From Squalus acanthias (Eukaryota): a stretch of 64,000 nucleotides of DNA. Below are positions 26,401 to 35,922 of this stretch, piece by piece. Each line of letters opens with the position of its first letter. Positions within the stretch are counted from its first letter, which is position 1. The notes under the pieces were generated by a model. The model did not search any database. It had not been told where the DNA came from and was given only the letters and a program-made list of their open reading frames with translations. The DNA lies in contig CM059432.1 of assembly GCA_030390025.1 (NCBI GenBank), positions 109,184,001-109,248,000 of the forward strand, written 5' to 3'. The translations under genes and the position numbers were made by a program.

Positions 26401-28694
26401 TACACACGCCCGTAATACACTCCACCCGTTATGCACCCCACCCTTTATTCACTATGCCCGTTATACATTCCGCCGTTATACACTCCGCCCATTATAGATT
26501 CCGCCCGTTATACACCCGCCCGTTATACAGCCCGCCCGTTATACAGCCCGCCCGTTATACACCCTCCCGTTATACACCCGCCCGTTATACACCCCGCCCG
26601 TTATACACCTACCCGTTATACACCCGTCCGTTATACACCCCGCCCGATATACTGCCCGCCCATTGTACAGCCTGCCCGTTATACAGCCTGCCCGTTATCC
26701 AGCCCGCCCGTTTAACATCCGCCCGTTATACACCAGCCCGTTATACACCCGCCCGTTATACAGCCCGCCTGTTGTACACCCTGCCCGTTATACAGCCTGC
26801 CCGTTTAACATCCGCCCGTTATACACCAGCCCGTTATACACCCGCCCGTTATACAGCCCGCCCGTTATACACCCGCCCGTTATACTGCCTGCCCGTTAAA
26901 CAGCACGCCCGTTATACACCCGCCCGTTATACAGCCTGCCCGTAACACGCCCGCCCGTTATACACCCGCCCGTTATACAGCCCGCCCGTTATACACCCGC
27001 CTGTTGTACACCCGCCCGTTATACACCCCGCCCGTTATACACCTGCCCGTTATACACCCGTCCGTTATACACCCCGCCCGTTATACACCTGCCCGTTATG
27101 CACCCCGCCCGTTATACACCCCGCCCGATATACAGCCCGCCCGTTACACATCATGCCCATTGTACAGCCTGCCCGTTATACAGCTTGCCCGTTATACAGC
27201 CCGCCCGTTATACACCCGCCCGTTATACAGCCTGCCCGTTTAACATCCGCCCGTTATACACCAGCCCGTTATACACCCGCCCGTTATACAGCCCGCCCGT
27301 TATACACCCGCCCGTTATACGCCCGCCCGTTACACAGCCTGCTCGTTACACACCCGTCTGTTATATAGCCCGCCCGTTATGCACCCCGCCCGTTATACAC
27401 ACCGCCTGATATACTGCCCGCCCATTATTTAGCCCGCCCGTTATACAGCCCGCCCGTTGCACATCATGCCCATTGTACAGCCTGCCCGTTATACAGCCTG
27501 CCCGTTATACAGCCCGCCCGTTATACACCCGCCCATTATACAGCCTGCCCGTTTAACATCCGCCCGTTATACACCAGCCCGTTATACACCCGCCCGTTAT
27601 ACACCCCGCCCGTTGTACACCCTGCCCGTTATACACCCGATGTTATACACCCCGCCCGTTATACACCCCGCCCGTTATACAGCCCGCCCATTATACACCC
27701 CGCCTGTTATACACCCGCCCGTTATACACCTCCCCGTTATACACACGCCCGTAATACACTCCGCCCGTTATACACCCCGCCCGTTATACACCCCGCCCGT
27801 TATACATTCCGCCCGTTATACACCCGCCCGTTATACACCCCGCCCGTTATACACACGCCCGTAATACACTCCGCCCGTTATACACCTGCCCGTTATACAC
27901 CCGCCCGTTATACACTCTGCCCGTTATACACCCGCCCGTTATACACTCTGCCCGTTATACATCCGCCCATTATACACCCCACCCGTTATACACCCACCCG
28001 TTATACACCCGCCCGTTATACACCCCGCCCGTTATACACCCCGCCTGTTATACACCCGCCCGTTATACACCCGCCCGTTATACACTCCGCCCATTATACA
28101 CCCGCCCGTTATACACCCCGCCCGTTATACACCCCGCCTGTTATACACCCGCCCGTTATACACCATGCCCGTAATACACTCCGCCCGTTATACATCTGCC
28201 CATTATACACTCCGCTCATTATACACCCCGCCCGTTATACACCCGCCCGTTATACACCCGCCCGTTATACACTCCGCCCATTATACACCCGCCCGTTATA
28301 CACCCGCCCGTTATACACTCCGCCCGTTATACACTCCGCCCGTTATACACCCTGCCCGTTATACACCCCACCCGTTATACAGACCTCCCAGTATACAGAC
28401 CTCCCAGTATACAGACCTCCCAGTATAGACCCTGCCCAGTATACACCCTGCCCAGTATACACCCTGCCCATTATACACCCTGCCCATTATACACCCTGTC
28501 CATTATACACCCTGCCCAGTATACATCCTGCCCAGTATACACCCTGCCCATTATACACCCTGCCCATTATATACCCTGCCCGTTATATACCCCACCCATT
28601 ATAATCTCTGCCCATAATACAGACCTCCCAGTATACAGACCTCCCAGTATAGACCCTGCCCATTATACAGACCTCCCATTATACAGACCTCCCA
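14459..28694 (+). repeat. Satellite array 1, ~14.2 kb of 15-17 bp units (CA)GCCCGCCCGTTATA / CACCCGCCCGTTATA, with kb-scale higher-order repeats
   Basis: Tandem repeat visible directly, C-rich on the + strand, with a recurring CACATCATGCCCATTGTA variant. Duplicated blocks are shown by near-identical ORF translations (16246 vs 19357 vs 21659; 17782 vs 20163). Degenerate tail ACAGACCTCCCAGTAT at 28380-28694. Confidence 0.98.
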
Positions 28695-28869
28695 GGGGAA
28701 AGTGTGCAAGCAATTGATGCCTAAATCAGCTTTAAATGTGTGATTTTCAGCCAGTCAACACCCGGTAGAGCAGAAATTGGTGTAAACATGTGCACAAGGT
28801 CAATCATTGATATGAATTTGCAGTATTGAATAGGATCATGCTACTGCTAGATGGGTTACTGCCCTTCTC

Positions 28870-29493
28870 CATCCCTGCCTCAGCCCACCTTTTGCTGAAA
28901 CTCTTAGCCATGCTCCTGTTACCACTAAACTTGACTATTCCAATGCTCTCCACGTCGACCTCCCATCTTCCACCCTCCATAAACTTCACCTCATACATAA
29001 CTCTGCTGCCCGTATCCTAACTTGCACCAAGTCCCGTTCACCCATCACACCTGTGCTCACTGACCTACATTGACTCCCGGTACACCAATGCCTCGATTTT
29101 AAAATTATTTTCAAATCCCTCCATGGACTCTCCCCTCACTATATCTGTAACCTCCTCCAGTCCTATAACCCTCCGAGAGCTCTGCGTTCCCCCAACTCTG
29201 GCCTCTTCTGCATCCCCTATTTCCTTCGCCCCACCATTGGTGGCCGTGCCTTCAGCCATCTAGGCCCTAAGCTCTGGAATTCCCTTCCCAAACCTCTTCA
29301 TCTGTCCAGTTTTCTCTTCTCCTTTAAGACACTACTTAAAATTTACCTCTTTGACCAAGCATTTAGTCGTCTGACCTAACATTTACTTCTTTGACACGGT
29401 GTCAATTTTTGTCTGATTACACTCCAGTGAAGCGTGTTGGGACGTTTTACTACATTAAAGGTGTTCTATAATTGCACATAGTTGTTGCTGTTG
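28870..29493 (+). mobile_element. L2-clade LINE 3' fragment
   Basis: Same L2 3' region as 9945-10550, ending CTATAATTGCA..GTTGTTGCTGTTG. Confidence 0.75.
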
Positions 29494-30266
29494 TCCTGGT
29501 GCCAATAATGCGGTCTCACCACACTAGGGATTAAAACTCAGGATCAACTACGTTTTGACCATGATTTCATAGAATCATAGAAAGTTACAGCACAGAAGGA
29601 AGCCATTTCGGCCCATCGTGTCCGCGCCGGCCAACAAAGAGCTATCCAGCCTAATCCCACTTCCCAGCTCTTGGTCCGTAGCCCTGCAGGTTAGAGCATC
29701 CCAAGTGCACATCCAAGTACTTTTTAAATGTGGTTAGGGTTTCTGCCTCTACCACCCTTTCAGGCAGTGAGTTCCAGACCCCCACAAGCCTATGGGTGAA
29801 GAAATTTCCCCTCAAATCCCCTCTAAACCTTCCCCCAATCACTTTAAATCTGTGCCCCCTGGTTTTTGACCCCTCTGCTAAGGGAAATAGGTCCTTTCTA
29901 TCCACTTTATCTAGGCTCCTCATAATTTTATACACCTCAATAAAGGTCTCCCCTCAGCCTCCTCTGTTCCAAGAAAAACAAACCCAGCCTATCCAGTCTT
30001 TCCTCATAGCTAAGATTCTCTACTCCCGGCAATATCCTTGTAAGTCTCCTCTGTTCCCTCTCTAGTGCAATCACATCTTTCCTGTAATGTGGTGACCAGA
30101 ACTGCACGCAGTACTCTAGCTGAGGCCTAACTAGTGTTTTATACAGTTGAAGCATAACCCCCCTGCTCTTGTATTCTATGATGCGGAGATGCCGGTGTTG
30201 GACTGGGGTGGACAAAATTGAGAGGTCGCACAACACCAGGTTATAGTCCAACAGTTTTATTTGAAA

Positions 30267-30308
30267 TCACAAGCTTTCGGAGCTATCGATTGCTCCTTCC
30301 TCAGGTGA
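30267..30308 (-). ncRNA. Minimal type I hammerhead ribozyme motif (inverted copy)
   Basis: Exact reverse complement of 30915-30956. Confidence 0.8.
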
Positions 30309-30914
30309 AGTAAATTAGATACAGAATCGCCAAAGCATATATAGATAGAAAACAAAGCATGTGTACTTTACAATTGCAGACCAATAAATTAAATCATCCT
30401 GACTATCTGCCGAGGTGTGATAAAGTTAATTAAGTCAGCCAGGAAGGTACCACATCAAAGACATAGCAAGATACAACTGAGACAATGAGGTGTAGTCGCA
30501 GGGGTTCTAACGTGTCAAAAGCCGCACTCATGAAGACGGTCTCAATCGGGATCTTGGGTTTATGTCACGATACATGACGTGATCCGGACTCGAGTCGTCG
30601 TTAGCTTGTTCACAGATGTGATTCCCAGTAAAAAAGTAAAAATTTTCCCAGTAAAAAAGTAGAAATTTTTTAAAGCTTTTCGTTTTACATACAGACGGCA
30701 GCTTTTGACACGTTAGAACCCCTGCGACTACACCTCATTGTCTCAGTTGTATCTTGCTATGTCTTTGATGTGGTACCTTCCTGGCTGACTTAATTAACTT
30801 TATCACACCTCGGCAGATAGTCAGGATGATTTAATTTATTGGTCTGCAATTGTAAAGTACACATGCTTTGTTTTCTATCTATATATGCTTTGGCGATTCT
30901 GTATCTAATTTACT

Positions 30915-30956
30915 TCACCTGAGGAAGGAGCAATCGATAGCTCCGAAAGCTTGTGA
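30915..30956 (+). ncRNA. Minimal type I hammerhead ribozyme motif (PLE-associated)
   Basis: Stem I TCAC/GTGA; core CTGAGGA; stem II GGAGC-aatcgata-GCTCC; GAAA; palindromic AAGCTT in place of stem III. This is the minimal hammerhead architecture known from Penelope pLTRs. Confidence 0.8.
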
Positions 30957-32229
30957 TTTCAAATAAAACTGTTGGACTATAACCTGGTGTTGTGCGACCT
31001 CTCAATCTTGTATTCTATGCCACGGCTAATAAAGGCAAGCATTCCGTATGCCTTCTTAACCGCCTTATCTACACTACTCAGTGTCCTACCATTTAATGTG
31101 TATTCTCTTTCCTTGTTAGCCCTCCCCAAATGCACCTCACACTTCTCCCGATTGAATTCCATTTTCCACTGTTCTGCCCTCCTGACCAATTTATTGATAT
31201 CTTCCTGCAGTCTACAGCTTCCCTCTTCAGTATCAACCACACAGCCGATTTTAGTATCATCTGCAAACTTCTTAATCATACCCCCTATATTCAAGTCTAG
31301 ATCATTGATATATGCCACAAAAAGCAAGGACCTAGTACCGAGCCCTGAGGAACCCCACTGGAAACAGCCTTCCAGTCACAAAAACACCCATCAACCATTA
31401 CCCTCTGCTTCCTGCCTCCGAGCCAGTTTTGAATCCAACTTGACTCTTTGCCCTGGATCCCATGGGCTTTTAACTTTGTGACCAGTCTGCCATGTGGAAC
31501 CTTATCAAAAGCCTTGCTAAAGTCCATATACACTACATCAAACGCACTACCCTCATCTACCCTCCTTGTTACCACCTCAAAAAATTCAATCAAGTTTGTC
31601 AGACACGACCTTCCCTTAACAAACCCGTGCTGACTATCCTTGATTAATCCATGTCTTTCTAAATGAAGATTTATCCTGTCCTTCAGAATTCTTTCCAATA
31701 ATTTTCCCACCACCGAGGTTAGGCTGACTGGCCTGTAATTACTCGGTCTATCCTTTTCTCCCTTTTTAAACATGGGTACCACATTAGCAGTCCTCCAGTC
31801 CTCCGGCACCACACCTGAAGCCAGAGAGGATTGGAAAATGATGGTCAGGGCCTCTGCTATTTCCTCTTTTGCTTCGTTTAACAGCCTGGGATACATTTCA
31901 TCCGGGCCTGGGGATTTATCCACTTTTAAAGCTGCTAAACCCCTTAATACTTCCTCTCTCACTATGTTTATTTCATCTAATATTTCACACTCCTCCTCCT
32001 CTGCTTTGCCCCTCTCCTTTTGACCCATGAGTGTCTAGGAGTATTCTAAAATCAACTGTGTCCTCGCACGTTCAGTGTCTTTCAAAAATCTTCCCAGTTA
32101 TGGATGGAATTTGCTATGGAATGATATGAGAGGAAATGTTGTCACTGTTGGTAACATTTCAGTGAGTGCACGGTGTCTTTGCTCCAACTCAAAACCCAGT
32201 TCAATGTATGAAAAGCAATATACTGTCGG

Positions 32230-32420
32230 TGCTGGAAATCTGAAACAAAACCAAAACAGAAGAGGGTGGAGACACTCAGCAGGTCAGGCAGCATCTGTGG
32301 AGAGAATAGAAATCAGTTGCAATTTCGAGTGTAGAACCTATGAGGAAGGGTCGACTGACTTGTTCTCTATCAACAGATGCTGCCTGACCTGCAGTGTGTC
32401 TGCTTTTGTTTTCCTATTTC
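32230..32420. mobile_element. Old inverted-repeat remnant, probably from a second Penelope family (pLTR hairpin)
   Basis: CAGGTCAGGCAGCATCTGT (~32280) is the inverted match of ACAGATGCTGCCTGACCTG (~32373); a decayed hammerhead-like TGAGGAAGGGTC lies between. A related fragment is at ~46470-46565. Confidence 0.55.
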
Positions 32421-32959
32421 AATGTTGTTGTTCAGCAGCATTGAGAACTTCTTTCTTTCTAAAGCTGTAACGATTTATTCAGCTGTTTCTTCTTTCTCCA
32501 CTGCAAGCTCGCAACGTTGCATCTGCTCCACAAAATCTGTTTCTGCAGTTCTCTCTCTCTTTACACTTGTTTTTTTTTTGTTCCTTCTCCCATCCTCCCA
32601 CTCCAGCCATTCCGTCACATTCAGACACACTCTGCTCCCCAGCCCAGTCTCTTGCAAACCTTATAAGCACAATGATTTGAACACTAGCTTTCCTACAAAA
32701 GGACTCTACTGTAGCTCGAAGGTGCTTGAAGTATTTGATGTGTTCAATGGGCTGTCACTGCACATGTAATAGCTCATACCTGAGGAGTCAACACCTCCAC
32801 AAGTACTTTTCTACACAGCGCGTAGTTTAGTCAGTGCTTTTTTCACTGGTGCTCCCTTTTGAATTGTAGTAAATGATCAAAGTAACACAGGGCAGTAAGT
32901 ATGGCCTAGAGATGTATGTTCTTGCGGCTTAATCTACCTAGGCTCATTGGCTGCTTTTA

Positions 32960-33340
32960 CAGGCATATGCATGTTTCTGTCTGTGTGTGTGTCCATGTGT
33001 TAGTCTGTGTGGTCGTTTTGTCTGTTTGTGCATGCCTGTGTGTATATGTACGCATGTGTGTTCGTTCGCTTCCGTTTGTGCCTGTACACGTGTGTGCTGT
33101 CCGTCTGGGGTCGATTTGAACTGTTCTCATCGAGAAGTCAATGGAAAGGAAATTGGGCGGGATGTAAAATGGGCAGCCAACCCTCCACCGCCTGCTTCTT
33201 TCCCAGTAGAAACAGTTAAACTCGACCCCTCTGTTTCTATCTGTGTGTATGCATGTCAGTGTGTACATGTCGACTGTGTGCGTGTGCACGTATCTGTGTT
33301 TGCGTATGTCTGCATGTATGTGTCTGTGTGTGTGTTTCCT
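32960..33340 (+). repeat. Degenerate (TG)n-rich tract upstream of the POU exon, interrupted by a MITE
   Basis: TG/TA/CG alternating sequence on both sides of 33107-33229. Confidence 0.75.
33107..33229. mobile_element. Harbinger-type MITE
   Basis: TIRs GGGGTCGATTTGAACTGTT and AACAGTTAAACTCGACCCC, with TCT on both flanks. Internal GGGCGGGATGTAAAATGGGCAG. Confidence 0.8.
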
Positions 33341-33382
33341 GTTTTATACACTGACATGCTCTGTTTACGTTGCTTACTACAG

Positions 33383-33551
33383 ATCCCCAAACAGCAGCTG
33401 GTGAGGTCGATGGAGTGAACCTTGAAGAAATTCGTGAGTTTGCAAAAGCATTTAAAATTCGGCGTCTGTCTCTTGGTCTGACACAGACGCAGGTTGGACA
33501 GGCCTTAAGTGCCACTGAGGGACCAGCATACAGCCAATCTGCAATCTGCAG
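33383..33551 (+). CDS. POU6F2: POU6F2-like coding exon C, first part of the POU-specific domain, phase 1/2
   Basis: AG at 33381-33382. A(12065)+AT rebuilds an Asn codon, giving NPQTAAGEVDGVNLEEIREFAKAFKIRRLSLGLTQTQVGQALSATEGPAYSQSAICR, a POU class VI POU-specific domain. Donor AG|GTAGCT at 33552. No downstream FEKLDITP exon was seen in the window. Confidence 0.95.
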
Positions 33552-33778
33552 GTAGCTAAGTACTTTGTGACTTTTGGAATGTGACCAGTATGCTTGGTGA
33601 GTGTGTCAAGACATGTTTAACTGCAACTTCTATCATTGCCACTCTGAACAGTGAAACAAATATCAAATGAAAAGATACATTATGAATACCTATCCCTTTT
33701 AAAATATAAATTTCTTTCATCAGCTTATTGAAATGACTGTAGACGCAAAAAGTTCCGGTCTAAACTTTTAAAAGCAAT

Positions 33779-34658
33779 GGTCTAGAAATTGGCTTGTGAC
33801 CCAAATTGGTCAAATTAGCTCGCCAGCCTCATTAGTATAGTACCGGAGAGCTGTGGGTGCCATTCACAGCCTCAGAGGTAACTTACCGATTGCGGGGGTG
33901 GGTATGTAAGATTGGCTGGTTGGCCAAGGGCCTAAGGTGAGTCTGGGATGGGCAGCGGGTGGGGCGGAGGAAATCCAGAGCGGGGCAAGTGGGGACTGGC
34001 AACGACCCACAGTTTGAATGTCGAGCGGGAGATGTTCTCCTGCTCCTCCTGGCTCCATATTACATAGAATTACTTAGAACGTACAGCACAGTAACAGGCC
34101 ATTCAGCCCAACTGGTCTATGCTGGTGTTTATGCTCCACAATAGCCTCCTCCCACCCTTCTTCATCGCACCCTATCAACATAATCTTCTATTCCTTTCTC
34201 CCTCATATGCTTATCTAGTTTCCCCTTAAATGCATTTATACTATTCGCCTCAACTACTCCTTATGGTAGCGACTTCCACACTCTAACCACTCTCTGGGTA
34301 AAGAAGTTTCTCATGAATTTCCTACTTACCTTTTTGGTGGCAGCCTCCAGCGGTCACTTTAAAGACCATTGGTTGGGCTGCACGTAGACCAGGTAATCCT
34401 AAACAAAGCCTGCTGCATTCAGGGCAAACACATTTCTGTTTTGGGTGCTAAAACAGATATTAGGCGCCTTATTACATATTCAAGGGACCTAATGCTTTTT
34501 AGGCAGCCTCCAAAGATGACTCTACACCCCCTAAACCAGTATAGTGTTGGACGTGTTTCCAACACTGTTCAGGCACAGAAGGTTGGCCCCCTTAAATTGG
34601 ACCTCATTGCAGCCGTTTTCTACCCAGAAAATGGGCGCAACGAGATCCAATTTCACCC
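33779..34658. mobile_element. Harbinger-type non-autonomous element with a nested CR1 3' end (~34062-34325, - strand)
   Basis: Termini GGTCTAGAAATTGG and CCAATTTCACCC; nested CATAGAATT..ACAGCACAG..CAGGCCATTCAGCCC CR1 tail. Confidence 0.55.
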
Positions 34659-34760
34659 TCATTATCTTTTTAATAGTCTTTGAAGATTAATCATCAGGTT
34701 ATTAACTCAAAGGAAGAATCACAGATAGACTGTTGATGGCAAAAGATGTCAATTTGTTTA

Positions 34761-35156
34761 ATTCATTCTCAGGATGTGGGCGTCGCTGGCAAGGCCAACG
34801 TTTATTGCCTCGTTGCCCTGAGAAGGTGGTGGGCCTTCTTCTTGAAGGTTTGATACAACTGAGTGGCTTGCTAGGTCACTTCAGAGGGCAGTTAAGAGTC
34901 AAGTATGTTGGTGTGGGATTGGAGTCACATATAGGCCAGACTGGGTAAGTACGGCAGGTTTCCTTCCCTTAAAAAGACAATAGTGAAGCTGTTGGGTTTT
35001 TACAACAATCCGACAGCCTTATGGTCACTTTTGCTGATACCAGAATTCAAACTCTCAAACTGCCATGGTGGGATTTCAACTCACGATCTCTGGATTATTA
35101 GTGCAAATCTCTGGATTACTAATCCAGTAAAATAATCACTCCACTATTGTCACCCT
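34761..35156 (-). mobile_element. tRNA-derived SINE with a LINE-derived 3' end
   Basis: On the - strand: tRNA-like head (..GGATTAGTAATCCAGAG..GAGTTGAAATCCCACCATGGCAG), a body, and a LINE-like tail complementary to ATTCATTCTCAGGATGTGGGCGTCGCTGG. Confidence 0.6.
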
Positions 35157-35604
35157 CAGCTGATCAAAATAAGATCCTGAAATTTACAGAGCTGACTGAA
35201 TCTTGCTAGCAGTCCTAAGTGTGCAGGCTGATTGCAGGCTGTTCAAGGGGAAGTAAGTATTTTGACACTAGTTTAAAAGCCCAGTCCATTGCCATTTTCT
35301 AACTTCTGGGAGAAGGCAGACCATAATAAACACCGGGGGATGTCGAGGAGCCAGTGATGGTTATACAGAATCACAAGTAGAACTTGGAAACAAAAGAAGG
35401 CCTTGAATTTCCTCCATATTTGTGCCCAGCGAGGCGCATAACTGCGGCGCAAATCAATTATGTGGCCTAAAAGATGGCGGAATTTTGGGTGTAAGTGAGT
35501 TCTGTGTGTAACTGCAATACGATCAAATCTCCTCGATCTTTTACATCCGTCTCTCGATCCTTGCACCCAAACGTATCGTGGCTCATTATAATGCCGCTGC
35601 CATA

Positions 35605-35922
35605 TGCTTCCTCTGAGTTAGTAGGTTGTGGGTTCAAGCCCCATTCCAGAGACGTCAGTGCTGCACTATTGGAGGTGCCGCTCTTCAGATGGGACATTCT
35701 ATGGCACGATTGTGGCCATCATTTATCCTTCAACCAACACCACCAAAAACTGACTACTTGGTCATTTATCTCATTGTGTTTGTGGGAATTTGCTGTGCGC
35801 AATTTGGATACTGCATTTACCTCCATAACAACAGTGACTGCACTTCAAAAAGTAATTCATTGGCTGTGAAGTGTGTTGACACGTCCCTGAAGGCGCTGTA
35901 TAAATGCAATTTCTTTCTTCCT
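35605..35922 (+). mobile_element. Degenerate DeuSINE copy
   Basis: GGTTGTGGGTTCAAGCCCCATTCCAGAGAC..GTGCTGCAC..ACAACAGTGACTGCACTTCAAAA..TATAAATGCAATTTCTTTCTT, homologous to 13645-14070. Confidence 0.7.

Larger units (their letters stand above)
30181..31006 (-). mobile_element. Penelope-like element inverted pLTR insertion (3' tail + 306-bp inverted repeat), 14-bp TSD
   Basis: 30217-30522 is the reverse complement of 30701-31006. The spacer starts with the ORF end RTHEDGLNRDLGFMSRYMT*, 3 mismatches in 96 nt versus window 1-96. An unpaired 36-nt tail lies at 30181-30216. TSD TCTTGTATTCTATG at 30167-30180 and 31006-31019. Confidence 0.92.
29568..32020 (-). mobile_element. 5'-truncated CR1 LINE (same family as 6228-9400), split by a Penelope insertion
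   Basis: RT ORF pieces 31297..32028 and 30977..31327 are nearly identical to 6779..8200; CATAGAATCATAGAA tail at 29568. Possible degenerate TSD TGACC(C)ATGA at ~29556 and ~32021. Confidence 0.92.

Noticed and set aside
14459..28694. Arrays as telomeric repeats or products of telomerase-like addition by the Penelope RT
   Set aside because: There is no TTAGGG, and no template for the unit was found in the visible PLE sequence. The MITE-arm seed plus slippage and unequal exchange explains the data more simply.
29937..31481. Two ORFs both starting MDYNLVLCDLSIL on opposite strands
   Set aside because: This is a by-product of the PLE inverted repeat reading out into CR1 sequence.
33383..33551. 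Assignment to POU6F1 rather than POU6F2
   Set aside because: AFKIRRLSLGLTQTQVGQALSATEGPAYSQSAICR and the upstream poly-Ser/QSPVRQA exon fit my recollection of POU6F2 better. Reciprocal BLAST and synteny would confirm.
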